Shown here: piece after piece, positions 1 to 15,800 of the stretch
Numbering within the stretch: position 1 is the stretch's first letter
How the letters are laid out: each line of letters opens with the position of its first letter
Source of the DNA: Octopus vulgaris
Taxonomy: Eukaryota
Direction: 5' to 3'
Length of the DNA: 64,000 bases
Assembly (NCBI GenBank): GCA_951406725.2
Contig: OX597814.1
Span: 20,150,001 to 20,214,000 of the forward strand
The notes under the pieces: generated by a model
Database searches by the model: none
Seen by the model: the letters and a program-made list of their open reading frames with translations, nothing else
What the model was told of the DNA's origin: nothing
Position numbers and translations under genes: made by a program

Positions 1-2171
1 GCTGGAATGCTATTGATCATAGGTCAACTCAATCAAGGTAGAGGTGAGCTAAACAAAATATTTTCATCTATCTTTACATGAATGCGAACATAGTTCTGTA
101 AATGGCTTTGTGCTAGGATTAAATATTTGTTTAGCTTCAAATCAGATCTGATCAAGTACACCTATAATCAAAAGTTTTCCTGCTTTGACTTTTGTGTCTT
201 TGCATACCAGAAATATCCAGTGTAATATTATTTATTCAAGATGGTAGGATGTGGTTGCTATTTCTAGCAGGTGGAGTGAGTGCATAAAGAATGTCTTATT
301 AGTTGGTGTGTTTATAGGTTGACAGAGTATAGTAACATATTTTGGACACTTTTTACTATTGATCATCTCCAGGATGATCCTTTAAAGCCATGTTTGCAGA
401 GTTTGCATTGTTTAAAAATGAATTGCGGCTTCGACTATACAGTGAATATTAAACAACTATTTTATGTTGCTGATAGTAGGGTTGGCTTGTGGTATTTGTC
501 CTGTTGTTGATAACTGGTTGGCTTGTGGTATTCAACAACCATGTCCTGCAACTGACAGTTGATGGTTGACTTGATAGCAGATTGAGGTTTAGGCAGAAAG
601 TTGTTCTTCCGATTAACACTTACAGATATCTGGTCAACATGAACAATTAAATATTGATTTGAGTTAGCAACAAGAACTTGAAGCCCAGTAATGTTTTGGA
701 AGTTGTAACTCATCTGTAAACTGTAAAGGTATGTGAACTGGTATGGCTATTCAAAAGAAATGGTATCAGTCTGCATGACTCCATCATTATATGCCCTGTC
801 ATACTCAGCTTGTGCAGACAGGACATTTTTATGTTTCTTTTGAGTGCAACAAAGCCACTGTTGACATTGACCAGCTAAAAACAGTAGCCAAATCTCTCTC
901 AAACCACATCCTACTGTTTTATATAGAAAAGAAAAATAAATATAGTTTTCATGGTTGGACTACCTTAATTATAAATCAAGCCCTTAGGAGTCAAACAACA
1001 GCAAACACCAGTGGTGTCAGTTCTTGCCTAATATAGTCGTTTAGTTCCAAGTCAAACCTGAGAGAGCAGACTTCTGCTCAAAAGTGCATTTTATCATGAC
1101 CATGCAGTCGTTTTAGAAGAATGTGAGACTGCATAATTTAATGTGTCCTTTTCCTATCTAAGATGATAAAATGTGTTTAGAGGGAGACTTTAGTGCTGTT
1201 TTTAGCAGGTTGAGTGGCTTTGTGAAAACTGTTATATAGCTTGTAGTTGATAACAGTGAAAAACATGTTTGCTACTTTATCACTGAAAATTCAAATCATC
1301 AAAGTTCACATGTTATGAACAGTGATTTTTCCTTCACCAGGATAATTTTCCCTTACAGATCCTGTTGTAAATTTTTTTTTTTTTTCACAGGACAGAGTTA
1401 CTTGCTTCATTTACAATTTCTTCTTTATAACTGGCCTATGGAACCAGCAATGGTAGAGGACACAATAGTTCTTAGAAATTAATGTCATTGAAATTATACA
1501 CTCTTTACACTATACATTCTTTAGTAAATCTTAAAAAAATATAAAAAAAAGAAAGAAAAGCAGTAAGATTTGTAAAATTATATAAAAAAAAGTATTCAGT
1601 ATAAAAAATATAAAGAACTAAAAGATAAATGTTTCAAAGCATGAATGGTAGCACTCCCCACTCCCCACTCATTGTTTTTAACGTGTGAATAATAGAAATT
1701 GAAACAAACTACAAAGAACATTTACACAGTAATTACAGTGACTAGCTCGTATGATTGGCTGCATCTCTTTAATTAAATGATTTCTTAGAAGGAAGTTTAG
1801 AGAGAGAGAAAGAGAGAGAGCAACATTAGGTCACCATGTTTATAGTGGAGATAAACATTTACTTAAGCAAAATAGTGAAATGTATCAAGACAACAAAGTA
1901 CTTATATATTTATGTTCTTTGTTAAAAGTTTGAGATCTTTGTGGGGTTTTTTTTTCAAATGAATATAAATATTTATTCTTCTTTGATAATAAATGTTACT
2001 CGGATATACATGGATCTAGTATGGTAACTTTTACAAGAGGTTGGCATCAAAGTTTTCAAAACCCCAGTAAAGACAAGAAAACAAATTACAAATGAAAATT
2101 ATCAAAATAATTATTTTACATAATGATCTTAATGAATGGTGATAATCTCATTTAAATTTATAAACTCATGA

Positions 2172-2326
2172 ACGGAGTGGTTGGCGTTAGGAAGGGCATC
2201 CAGCTGTAGAAACACTGCCAGATCTGACTGGCCTGGTGCAGCCTTCGAGCCTGCCAGACCCCAGTTGAACCGTCCAACCCATGCTAGCATGGAAAGCGGA
2301 CGTTAAACGATGATGATGATGATGAT
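2172..2326 (+). mobile_element. RTE 3'-end fragment; further copies at ~3551(-), 8850-9075(+), 12853-13200(-), 15427-15812(+), 21700-22070(-), 35474-35810(-), 36630-36960(-), 37670-37908(+), 39530-39728(+), 44651-45060(-), 55735-55850(-)
   Basis: All share GGCGTTAGGAAGGGCATCCAGCTGTAGAAA..CATGCTAGCATGG..GTTAAAC(GAT)n with the 3' end of the LINE at 18451-20987. Confidence 0.85.
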
Positions 2327-2823
2327 ATCAAGAATCCAGTGGTATAGCTAATAAGAGAGAAGGGAAACGACCACTCCCCATGAGCACATTTTTTTATAAC
2401 TGGCGCCTTTTCAACAATTTTCTTTTTAACTCTTTAGTTCACTTCTATGATAAAAGTTGAATCTTTTTTTTGTTTTGTTAATCACATGGCCTTGGAAGGA
2501 CTTTTGGCAGTCATTACTTTATTTGACCAGCCTCCTGTGTTTTTGAACAGTCTGCTCTATCTCCTGTGATATGTTGGTGGCCACTGACATCTGAAGAACT
2601 ACAACAAACCCTGATGTCATAACCTCTTGACACTGGACAATCCTGTGGAGTTGCATCTTTTCATATCATACCTATTTCCATATATAATGAGACTGTTACT
2701 GAAATATGAAATTAACAACTGTAGAATACAATTATGTATATTATAACTAATGGAATATTTCGAGTAATATAAGAGAAATGAATAAAAAATTGTTTGGTAT
2801 GTGTCATAATGGAATGGAAGCAA

Positions 2824-3195
2824 TCCGGCGGTTACGACGACGAGGGTTCCGGTTGATCCGATCAACGGAACAGCCTGCTCGTGAAATTAACGTGTAAGTG
2901 GCTGAGCACTCCACAGACACGTGTACCCTTAACGTAGTTCTCGGGGATATTCAGCATGACACAGAGAGTGACAAGGCCGGCCCTTTGAAATACAGGTACA
3001 ACAGAAACAGGAAGTAAGAGTGAGAGAAAGTTGTGGTGAAGGAGTACAGCAGGGATCACCACCATCCCTGCCGGAGCCTCGTGGAGCTTTAGGTGTTTTC
3101 GCTCAATAAACACTCACAACGCCCGGTCTGGGAATCGAAACCACGATCCTACGACCGCGAGTCCGCTGCCCTAACCACTGGGCCATTGCGCCTCC
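2824..3195 (-). mobile_element. tRNA-derived SINE (family 1a)
   Basis: Minus-strand head GCGCAATGGCCCAGTGGTTAGGGC..GGTTTCGATTCCC (A and B boxes). The 3' half is shared with 45585-45766. Confidence 0.85.
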
Positions 3196-5428
3196 TATGT
3201 GTCATGATGCCTTTTTTTTATGTGCTTCCTCCCACTACCTTTAGAACCTGGCTACATTACAGCAAGAAACCACATTTATATCTGATAGCTGTCCATTAAT
3301 GCAATTCAGAATTGACAAATTTAAAAGAACAGATGTAGTATCAGTACAAAACACAGAGAGGACAAAGCCCGATTGTAGACTTGTGGATGTATAGCAATGT
3401 TGAGTGAATGCTTTAGTATGCCTGTGTGTATGTATTGAGTGCAACTTCTGAGATATATAGTTAGAACTCTAAAACTTAAAAATGTAAGAAACAGTAAACA
3501 TAAATTTTGTGGTACAGTCTTGGTAGCCACTAGAAAAATATATTGGTCTCCACCATCATCATCATCATTATTTAACATCTGTTGTCCATGACGGCATGGG
3601 TTGAATGGTTTGAAATTGTTAAACTTAACAATTCTAGGAAATAGTATAGTTTAAACTGTTGAATGTTAGTGATTGATGCAAATATATGAGTAGGAATGAT
3701 ATATTTGGTTGATGCATAATTGTTTAATGTATAACTCAGATTTCTTCTAATATCTTTAGACAAGTTGATTCTTCAGTTTCATTAATCCTTTTCTCAGAAA
3801 TCTATATAAAATGTTGAAGGCTTAAATATTAAAGAATTGTGCAAATTCTCTTCCCATCAGCATAGACATTCAGTTTGACTCGTGTCTTAAATTTGGAAAC
3901 AGAAATAAATTTATTTACTTCATGCATTATCTCTTATGAACGATACTTAATTTTTATAAATTTAACTTAGTTACTCAGATTTTGACTTTTTTGTTTTGAT
4001 TTTGGTGTTGGGTTGAGTTGTTTTGTTTTGAGGTATGATAAAGAATATCAGACACAAAGTTTTTTTTATTGATAACTGAATCTTTTGCAAGAATAAATTT
4101 CTCTATTCCCTAGTTATTAAAAACCGTCAACACCCAAACAATAACTGAAAGTTTCTACTGAAATAGTGATACTGGCAGACTTTATCTCAGATCAGTACAT
4201 AGACACTTAGTCATAACAGTAACTGGCAGACAGTACCTGCTAAATGACAGCAACAAAAACAAATACAGCAATCAAGTGTTCAAACGTGAGGAGTCAAGAA
4301 TTATCTCTTCAAGAAGCCCTTTGTTCTTGAAGATGTTTCATATGACTTCAGAATTGATGGATCTCAATAAAGATCCAAGAAGAAATTAAGCATGGGCATA
4401 TTTCTTAGAAACTTGAGAAGGATACCAATATTGAAAGGAAGATTATGCTTTTCAAATTAAAAAATTAAAGATAATTTCAAAATATATGTTGAACAAAAGA
4501 AACAGAAGCTCTTAAATTTCACAAGGTGTGACTGAAATAGCCATTATATTATGTGTCTCTGAAAGCCATCAAACATGTAATCCATAGTTACTCTAAAATA
4601 TCATCAAGGTATTACTTTCCTATGCAGCAAATAGTTGTTGCTAAAGTAATGTACAATGCCATCCATCGGAAATAGTGTCCTGGGGTAGATATTTTAAAAG
4701 AAAATCACATTTGATATTGAGTACATCCACACATTTCAAAACAAGTGTATAAGGTGACTTTCCGATAAACAATGATGATGATGAAAGAATATTAGAACAT
4801 TCCTATAAAAATTCCTACCAACTACAAATACAACATGCCTAACAAAGCTAACATAGTTATTTGCAGTAGAAAGCAAAAAATTATAAAATGTTGTGCAGGT
4901 CATTTAAGATTAATAACAAGGAGAACATTTATAGACAACCACTTCAAAATGTACAACTTCTACTCAGATTATACATTTGTAATTCTACTCATAATTATTG
5001 GCACATTAGTTTATGTTACTAATTGTTCAAGTAATAATCTGGAAAAGTTAGTATTTCCAAGCAAAGGAAACACCATTTGACATTCTACAAATTTAATGCG
5101 TATGGCTGAACATGCTGCACAATCTAGAAATAGCAATGAAATATTCCCCAAATTACATCCTACTAATTTGAAAAGAGAAGCAAACATTGGATAATGTAGT
5201 CCTAGTACAAAGGGTACCAAGTTCCAAATTATCCCATTCATGATCCTATTTCCAATGAAATATAGTCAATTTATTTCATTTTCTTTTTAAATAACCAAGA
5301 ATTTGAGATTTGGGTTTGCATTATTAAGACATAATTTGTAACAAAACTAAAAAGATTCTTGTGTAATTAGGATGGAATAATGATTAAAAATTTAAATATG
5401 AACACTCTAAAATGAGATGATTTGTAAT

Positions 5429-6248
5429 GGGTTATACCATAAATAATGCAGTTTTTTAATACTTTTTTTTATTTTTCAAAATTAAGATAAAGTTCTTTTT
5501 AAATTCAAAATATACTCTCCTTCATTTTCTATAATGCTCTTCCATCTATCTGGTAGATTTGCAAGGCCCTCTTCCAAAATTCACTTGTCTGTGACGAAAA
5601 ATACTCCTCCAGTACTGTTCTGACCTCACCTACAGAATTCATTTTCTTTTTCGTCCAAATGATTTTGAAAATTGCAGAATAAATGATAATTAGATGGGGC
5701 AATGTTGACAAATATGGTGGATGGAGCATCATTTCCTATTCAAACTGTTCCAGCCTTTGGAATGTCATCCTTGCTGTATGTGGCCGAGCATTATCCTGAT
5801 GGAAGAACACCTTTCGTCTTGAAATCAAAGATGGTCGTTTTTCTTCTAGTGCTGCCTTAAGCTGCTTGCAGTAGATCTCCTTTGTTTTTTCGTTCGGTTT
5901 GAGTTTAAAACAGTGTCAGAATTTCTGGAACCACCGATGACACTGGTTTACACTTATTGTGCAATCCCCATATACTGTATTAATATTCCTTGCACTTCCC
6001 ATTGTGTTGTTGTCTTTATTCAACTCATGAAGCAAAATATGCTGAAAATGCTCCTTTGTTACTTCCATTATAGCTTTGAAAAAATAACTATTAAAATCAA
6101 ACTGCACTCTTCAAAACTTGAACTAAGAACAAGTACAAGGTAAAATTACTACCTGCTTTTATAGCAAGTTGATGCAGGTAGTTTATCACGTCTGTCTCCG
6201 ACTTTTAGTTCATGCAATTGAAAAAACTGCATTATTTATGGAATGACC
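5429..6248 (-). mobile_element. Internally deleted mariner (Tc1/mariner) transposon
   Basis: TIRs are GGGTTATACCATAAATAATGCAGTTTTTT and AAAAAACTGCATTATTTATGGAATGACC. Minus-strand transposase remnants include the N-terminal HTH (EVTKEHFQHILLHE..NTVYGD..QCHRWFQKF) and the C-terminal FHQDNARPH..LHPPY. Confidence 0.9.
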
Positions 6249-9200
6249 AGAAGTGGCCTCAGATGGTTTAATATCAATAGGGTTAAAAGGAAAAGTTTTC
6301 TGTCACTCTTATAAAACTTCTGTTTTTAAAAAGAGCAATAAGCACATATATAATTTTTCATGACTTGTTAATAACAACATGCAATACTGAATACAAAAAT
6401 GTAAAATTGAAGACAGTTGAAAAATGAATGAATTGCACTAGTCATTGAATAGAAAGTGTGGTATTTAAGAAATGTGCATCCAATATCACATATAATTGGT
6501 ATACCTGGAAAGATATGTAATCGCTTCTATAAAGACACCTATAAAGAGACAAGTACATTCCAGAAATTAGTAATACCGTAGTCTTCAAATCCTGTTTGAG
6601 CATTCTCACAAAGCACATAATTTTGATATAAACTGCAAGTATCTTTCAAATAAATAATGATTTCTTACATAAGCTGACAAAGCTGCAAATTATGGGGAGA
6701 AATGTAGTAGATTGGATCATTTAATTTTGTACGATACTTATTGTACTACTACTCCTGGAAGGATTAAAGGCAAAAGTCAGCAAGACTTTTAATCAGTGTA
6801 AGGAAGCATAAATAAACTCATTTTGCCTATTGTAATACTATTTCTGTCATCTACCTCCCTTCTTAAATAATAATAATGCTTTCTACTATAGGCACAAGGC
6901 CTGAAATTAGAGGGGAGGGGGATGGTCAATTACATCGATTCCAGTATTTGACTGGTATTTAATTTATCAACCCTGAAAGGAGGAAAGGCAAAGTCAACCT
7001 TGGCAGAATTTGAACTCAGAACACAGTGACAGGCGAAATACCATTAAGCGTTTCATCTAGCATGCTAACAATTCTGCTAGCTCACAGAATAACCATTTAA
7101 GGTTGACAAAAACATAGAGGATGGTACAGGACTATACAATGTGGGATTACATAAAAGTGTGTAAGATACCAAAATAACAGAAATAAGAAACAAAAAAATT
7201 CAAACAAATAATAAATCCCAAAAGAAGAAGACCTCTGAGAGCTATTTGTAGAAACCCAATCAAACCATAGTCACCATGACCATTAGGACAAATGTCTTTT
7301 CTCAGTTGTCCTCCTCTAATCTGCTCAGAGCAGGCCCATTCACTGGGACCATGCTTGCCACTCAGCTTTCAACAAATTTATTTAGACATAGCATTTACAA
7401 CTCCATCTTCACTTTCCTTTTTAAGTGAAGCTTTAAAAAATGTTGATAAGGGCTCAGCCAAAGAGGAAGGTGTCTGTCTTCAGCCCTTTCAATCTGGACC
7501 ACCACACAACTTCTTTTCTCAAAGCCCTGAGAAGATAACAGCTACCTGTCGTTGGTGGCCAAACGAAGGCAATGGGATGATCTTCACAATGGACTGAGCT
7601 GATGATGGTTGGACTCACCACACACAGGACAGCAGATGTTTGACATAACTCCACAAACCAGCAATGTTCAAATGTTGAATGAGTGCATGAAGAACTGTTG
7701 CATGCATCCTGGACAAGCTTGGCTGATGGTACCTCCATGTCAAGGATTTCTGGAAATTATCCCTGGGACAAAACTCAAAAGTCCTCCAAAACAAACCATT
7801 GGTACAAGGTTACATATTTATAAAAGAGAGTATAGTGAAGTATATTTATCCATATTACATGTTTTGTCAACCCTGCCCCTGAATAGAATATGGTAGGGTA
7901 ACTCATATACTAGACTTTAATATTTTCTATTAACTTAACCAAGTCAAATTAATAGAGAATATTAAAACATTGCAAACAGGTTTTAGTTTGCTTTATTTTC
8001 TTATTGTATACAGTGAGTACAAACATAGAACCATTTTACAAATTCACAAAAGTTGGTGTCTAAGAGGAAGTTTGTTGATAATTGGGTAAAAAATAAAGAA
8101 AAAGTTCCCATTTAAAATTTCCAATCAGAAAAATAAAACAAGTATAAAATAACAGTTATTACTATAGCAAAGAGCAAAAATAAAACCAAATGTGTATGAT
8201 GATTATGAGAGAAAGAAAAAAATGCAAAATCTTTAAAAGTTAGAAAAGTTTATAAAAAGTTAGGTATTTCTACAGGAACTACAACGAAATTTTAAACTTC
8301 CGTTGCCAATTTGAGTTTGTTAATTGATTAGCTAACTTATAATTAACTTCTTACAGATTCCTCTCTTTAATGAATCTGTTCTGAATTAGACAAAAATTAA
8401 CTCAGAGGTTAACATTTATCACAACAAAAACACTTAACAGGACTCTTCTTTTCGAAGAAATTACAATATCTATGTTTTATACATTTTACTTGTTTATTTA
8501 ACAACACAACGTTGAATATCCTGAAAACTTAACCATCCGTAGGAGCATGTGATTCATTTTTAGGTACTAAGACAACAGTTATTGGAATTTCCGTTTCATA
8601 TCAATGTAGAATCAGTTGACACGAGGAAGAAATAAGAAAATAATAAAAATATATAAATAAATAACTAAAAAATATTTTCAGTTTGACATATTAAAATCAA
8701 GGGATTTACAAGAACTCTATAAACCAAAATGCTGTGTAAGTTTGAAATTAAAGTTTTCTTCAATCAACATTGAAAAAAAAAAAAAAAAAAAAACTAAACT
8801 TAAGTTTCCATTCAATTTCACTTCATTCAACAACTGGATTTTGGTTTATCAAGCCAAGTAAAATCATAGTCATGGCAGATACAGGTGTCACACAAATGGC
8901 ATGTAAATGCACTCATTATACTCTTGGAATGGTTGGTATTAGAAAGGGCATCCAGCTATAGAAATCATGCCAAATCAGACTTGAGTCTGGTGTAGACCCC
9001 TCAGTTTACCAGCCCTAGTCAAACTGTCCAACCCATGCCCGCATGGACAATGGACGTTAAATGTTGATGATGATGATTCCTGAGAAAATTTTTGCACTAT
9101 TTAAAAAACTTTTATCCTTTTCACATTTAATCCCACAAATAGCCCAAGACATCAAATTAATTGTTGGATTTAGCAGTAGTCCAACATAGTCCTATTACCT

Positions 9201-12029
9201 TCATATCATATTTTAATAAGTTCTTTCTACAGCAAGTTCTCTTCTTGTCACAAGTGCTGTTATGAACAGAAGACTATTTTAACAATTGTTTTTAGAATAT
9301 GCATAATATTATATAAACACAAATTATAGTCACATTAAGTGCTAAACCTAATAAATATAATCAGCAGAACATATACCAATATCATACAGAAGTAATTGGA
9401 CAATGAGGAAACCTTTACTTGGCCATTCAATCTGCTAGAAATAACAGATAAATCATTCTCAACCACATCCTACCATTTTATGAAAGGACACAGATAATAT
9501 TGCTCCAGCTATACTATTAAAGAACTGAAGACATTATGGTCATGTCTGAGATGGTCTTTGATCAAAGCATGAGACGACCAGAGATGTCCTGGAGATACAC
9601 AATAACTAAAATAAATAGCTGTAACCTTATGGGGTAACATGTGTTTACTTTTAGGAGAGGATCCAAAGGAAGTTTCCTTTTCCATGTACCTTATAAGAAA
9701 GTTTTCAATCAGTTAAATAAGTGTTGACATATTTAATTATTTAATGTAAGGAATATTAAAAAAATAACTACAAAAATTATGCAGTGAGGAAAAAAAGACA
9801 ACAATATTCTATGTCAACCAGTGTACAATCAGTGACTCATCTATTAGTTTGGGGAAGTCTATGTGTTGTTGATGTCATGTGTACAGTTGTTTCCCATATT
9901 TTCCAAGACAATTACATTATTAGTCATTCATTGACCAAATGTTTTTTCTTTATAGCATAATTATTTCTGGTTAGCTTTTTCATGCAGTTGGTATGTCCAA
10001 ATTATTTTATTCTCTAAATATTTCTCATTTAGCAAGTCTGTTATAGTTTTCTATGCCAACTAGTGTACAATATTTAATTATTTTAGCAATAAAGCAAAGT
10101 TAAAGCTTAATGAAGGAGGTTCAATAAGATTGAAACATGTCACATACTCCAAAATAGTTAAAATACTCACTAATATGTTTTTTCTTGACTGTTTAATTGT
10201 TTCTAGTTAGTTTATTAATGCTCCTCATTCCCATTATATTTGCTTGCTTTTCAGGAGGATGTCATTTTTGAGTAATTTAGTCTCTAAAATTACTTGACAT
10301 GCAATTTTGTGCTGCATTTCCCAGTATACTTATTTCAAATTAGTGAATCAGGTCATTGCCAGTGATAGAATAGGTCAACACCCTGATAGCATGACAAACA
10401 GTGACAGAATTAGTGAAAAGTTCTTGGCTTTGGGTAAAAGAAAATACAGGAGGATCGGTTAATTATGATTTTATTGAACATATCCCCCTCTCAGATTCAC
10501 ACACTTATTGCAATGGTCCTTCAGTTTTTCTAAGCCCCATAAAAGAACTCAGAAGGTTGGGCTTCCATCCAGGCCTATCCCAAGACCCTTAAAGTCAAGA
10601 ACTTTTCAGCACCACTTCATAAATGCTACAATCAAAATTTGCAAAGAGTTGCTTTACTTCGCTGTTACAAACCTTTCTGTCATTTGTTTTCCAATCCTTG
10701 TTTTCTGTGTAAAAGATAACATTTGTTTAAAATAATTCTTTAAAAATGTCTCCCTTCTAGTTACACCCTTATAAATTTTGATTCTAAATTCTCAACTGTG
10801 ATAAATCTGGGGTTGCTAATTAGGTGTTGTTAGTTTTGTATGGGAGCAATTTTCTTACCCAATAATCAAAACTTATTATTCTTTTTTATTTCTCTCTTAT
10901 TCTAAGACACTAAGAACTGGAGCTGATTAACTTGACTATAACACAATCTATGTACTTGCTTGTTTTATCCATTCAATAAACATACTCAACCTACCATTAA
11001 AGGGAAAACAACAGAAGGAAGTTTATCAAACTAGAGCTTAGTTTGTCTGGCTATAGAAACAATAGTCCGAAGGAAGACAAAATGTATAGAACATTTGTTT
11101 CCACCTAGTCACATCCTCTAAATAAACACTAAAAGTTGGCAACAATCTTTGTATTGTATTTTCTCTTAGGCTGTTTAAGGATAACAATAGTTACTCCAGT
11201 AAAACAGGTAGGTTATAGTTAATTATAATATTCAACTAGATAAAGCAGCAGTTCTGTACACACATATACAAAAAATTTTTTCGATATTTCCTTATAAACT
11301 TCCCATCTTCTAATTAAATTCTGGCAGGGAAATACAATGCACACACAACATTTATTTTTTTTTTTCGTCTTTTGTCTATTTTCATAAAGCTTCCCGTTAT
11401 ATATATATATATATATATTGCTGACATATACTCAAAGTAAAAATTGTCTCAAATACTAAATAACTTGGCAGCATAACACCTTTGTACTAATACATGACAT
11501 TGTCAAAAATAAAGAACTTACATAAAATAATAAATTTGAAAATATAAAAAAAAACAATATCCTATATGAGTCAGATACACCGTAAAGTACAAACATTTCA
11601 TTGAGACATTTATGTTTAGTTATTAAATTTTTTCTTTTTCATTTTATGTGTATAATGTGTGTGTGTACATGTATCACCAGTGAACCTGTCTTTGATACAT
11701 CATAAAACCTTCATCAAATCCCTATCTTTATTTAAATGTATACATATCAAATCTATACCAAGATCATAACATCCACTGAGCTATAATTAGTTACCACTAA
11801 AATTCATTCTTACATAATCTTTTACCATCATCATCATCATCATCCTTATCTCTATTCTACCATGCTTATGAGAGTTAAATATATCTGCAATTCATCAAAA
11901 GCATGGTTTAATGGTTATGAATCTACTTTGCAACATTATGAATTCAGGTTTAACCTCCCTGTGGTACATTGGGAAAAGTATTTTTAACCATAGTCTTGCG
12001 ATTGAAATTTGGTAGACTGAAACTGTGTG

Positions 12030-12830
12030 GAAGTACTGGGTGCTTTTTAAGAGGCATCAGCTGCAGTGGGGTCACCAAGTAACTTGCAAGACAAGACCCC
12101 TCAATTGGGAGGAGGGACAGAAAGAGAGAGGAGAGAGGAGAGAAAGATGGGTCAGGGCCTGTACACCCAAGTTACAGGGTATTGTATATAATGGAGTGGA
12201 CCAGGGATCGGAGGGGATGGGTAGGTCAGTGAATTCACAAGATTTCGAAAGGAGAGTGGGAACTAGAGGTGGTAGGGGATTTAACAGCCTATACAGAGCA
12301 CTCCTTATGAAATTTCAACCTATATCTTTTCTATATATTGTACAGAGCCATTTCCCTGAAGGGTTAAGTAAATTGTCTGCTTTCCAGCTTACTAGTATTT
12401 TGGTCTTTGCTAAATTAACTCTAAGGCCCTTAGATTCCAGTCTTTGCATCCATACATGAAATTTCTTCTCTAACTCTAGTAGAGAGTCAGCTATAAGAAC
12501 AAGGTCATCAGCATAGAGGTGCTCCCAAGACCAACCATTCTTAAATTCCTCAGTTATGTTGTAGAGGACTAAGATAAAAAAGTCGGGGCCAAGAACCTAT
12601 CCTTGGTGAATCCTACCTGCACATGAAATTTATTGCTGTACTCAATGCTGACTTTCACCTTACTGACAACATCCGTGTACATGGCTTGAACAGCTCTAAC
12701 TACTCATCTACCTCTAGCTTCTGCATTGACCACTAGATGAGTGAGCATGGGATCTTGTCAAAGACTTTCTCCAGGTTGATAAATGCCAAGTTCAGCAGTT
12801 TACTTTTTGCTAAGTGCTTCTCCTGCATAT
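12030..12830. mobile_element. RTE fragments (minus-strand RT remnant 12380-12830 plus purine-rich 3'-region remnant)
   Basis: Similar to 19380-19500 (LESKGLRVNLAKTK) and YADD region on the reverse strand. Confidence 0.7.
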
Positions 12831-15800
12831 CATTGCTTTCTTTAATTTTGGTCATCATCATCATCATCGATAATGCCTGCTTTCCATGCTAGCATGGGTT
12901 GGACGGTTCAACTGGGGTCTGGGAAGCCAGGAGGCTGCACCAGGCCCAATCTGATCTAGCAGTGTTTCAACAGCTGGATGCCCTTCCTAACACCAACCAC
13001 TTCGTGAGTGTAGTGGGTGCTTTTTACATGCCAGGCGAGGCTGGCAACGGCCATGATTGGTTGGTGCTTTTTACGTGCCACTGGCATGGACCCCAGTCAG
13101 GGCAGCGCTGGCAACGGCCACATTCAGGTGGTTCTTTTACGTGCCACCGACACTGGTATGACAACTACAATTTCCATTGATTTTTGAGCGATTTCGATTT
13201 CGAAGGTTAATTGAAATCAGGACCCATCAACCATTTGACTTTCTTTAATTAAAGAAATCACAGACATAGTGTACAAATAAATAGTAATTAGATCCACAAT
13301 TAGATCCAGACTTTCTTGCGCCCCACCTCATCTCCCTGCAACAAATGACATGTCACATCTTTGCATGCAATACATAGATCCCCTATACAATAAAATGAAA
13401 AAGGTTCAAAATGCAAAGTACAGAATGATTGTTTCTACAAGATGCAACTCACAGAGTATATTCAATCAACCTCAAATATAGTTGTTATACCATATTAAGA
13501 AAGCTGGCCCTCCAACTCTGCAGAAATACACATAATGATAGCATTAACTTCAGTAGTCCTAAATATTGTGCTGGAATGCCCACAACCAGAGATAACTGAA
13601 GAGGGATATCAACTGTGATACTTCAACCAAACCCATCACACCTGCTTTTTTTCTCTAGGACCACCACCAGCCTATATCATGAACCAATGATGGAGCCTGT
13701 TTGTGGCTTCCTAACCTGCAAGAAGTAGCAGCCAAACTTCACTCTATCATCTTAAGAAAGAAAATGCTACATTGGATAACATAGTTCTACATACTCTTAA
13801 AAAGTAAAGATAGGCATGGCTGGAATGCCTTGATCACAACAAGCCTGCAAGGAAAATCTGAGAAAAAAATACAACATGTCCAGACAGTGACACTGCACAT
13901 CATACAATAAACTACTGTATATCATCATGTGATGTGTGGTCCTCACCTGGGGGAAAGTAAGGTGTATTTGGAACACTGGGTCTGTGAATCACACTTAGTC
14001 ATTCCAACTACCTATATTCTGTTTAAATGGGACAGCACAAGAACAACTACAAGTCAAATATTTAAAAAATTACTTTCATAATAAAAGAGTTAAGGCAATA
14101 TCCTAATAATTTCTAGATAAAGTAGTTATTGTTTTATGATAAAATCTTACCAAGTAGTTCATATTATCTGCTTCAGTAATTGTGTTTGTATTATTGCAAT
14201 AACAGGAGACAAGACAGGCCTGACCTCATTGTTGTTAACATGCAATGTCACTAGGTTACTGATTGCAGCAAGAAATTATTATTTCACAGACGAACCTTTC
14301 AAGCAGGTCATGTTATTTACTTCAGATGTTCCTGGGTTGAGCAGTTAAGATTCAATATGTGTGTGTGTGAGAGAGAGAGAGAGAGAAAGAGAGAGAGTAA
14401 GAGAGAGAGAGAGCGTGTGTGTGTTATGGAAAGCTCTTGGAAAAATAGTTGTGATAGATTTAATTCCCAAATGAACCATTTCACTTGAGTTATTTTTCTT
14501 CTTAAGATGTGCAACAGACAGATCTTCAGCTATGGTGAGACCTACTATTTAACTCCCAGTTAATTACAGATGCAACATACTGATTAATTTCATATAATTC
14601 CATTTTTAGCCTGGATAAGCAACCAACAAGGAGTATTTTTAGTAGATGATGACTGTTATTTACTGTTATTTACTGCTCTTTTCACATGCTTATGGCTGCT
14701 CAATGAATTTGATGACAACAGCTTCTTCACTAATGGATCCTTTGAGAATTGTACTATTGTACTGCTAAAGCAAAGTAGCAACAGAGGAGACCTATGCTAT
14801 AACACACTGTATATCTTTGTGAGTGAGGAAACTACAGAGATAATGATATTTCAACATTGCAGATGCATGTAATGCTCCTTCTGCTGCAAATGACAACAAT
14901 TGCCTGAAATCCTAGAACCATGATCTACATTGCAGGATACCTGTGTAATGAAGCTTTACAGAAGTTTGAGAGCATGTATTTTCCAGTTTCACTATCTTCA
15001 CTGTGGAGGATATAGAACAAGTGGCAAGACGACTCAAAACAACAATTATCTCTTGCCAGCTGCTGGAGTTTTCCAGATATCTAATCTGTCAGAAACTGAC
15101 TTAAGTAGGCCACTACAGCTTGTTTCTCTCTTTGGCAGTACCTGCTTAACATTTATCTTCTTGGATTCACTTACGAAACACTAAGACAGTGCAAATAGGT
15201 CAACTTATCCACAGCTAAGGCTATTTACCTCTCTCTTAGAGAGATGTCCAAACAACATCTAGGGACTTATAACTCCTGTCACCATCATAAGTATTTCTAT
15301 ATTTTCATATACTATAGCTAAATAGTTATTGACTGTATACTGAGTTCATTCTTTCAACAAATTTTGATTTTATCCTGCTGGGTTTCTGGCAACCCTTTTT
15401 AACAGGCTAGCTTGGTATATTCGCTTACGTGCCAGTGGCATGTAAAGAGCACCATTTGAGCGTGATCGTTACTTGCATCGCCTTACTGGCACTTGTGCTG
15501 GTGGCAGTTGAAAAAAACATTCGAGTGAGGTTGTTGCCAGTGCCGCTGAACTGCCTCCTGTGCAGGTGGCACATAAAAAGCACCATTTGAGCATGGCCAT
15601 TGCCAGTACTGCTTGACTGGAACCTCATGCCGGTGGCACGTAAAGGCACCCCCTACACTCTCAGAGAGGTTGGCGTTAGGAAGGGCATCCAGCTGTAGAA
15701 ACTCTGCCAGATCAGATTCAAGCCTGGTGCAGCCATCTGGTTCGCCAGACCTCAGTCAAATCGTCCAACCCATGCTAGTATGGAAAGCAGACGTTAAACG

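Noticed and set aside
7292-7896. Cluster of ~95-100-aa ORFs in higher-complexity sequence
   Set aside because: No recognisable motif or splice structure. Possibly a very old transposon remnant, but this cannot be supported.
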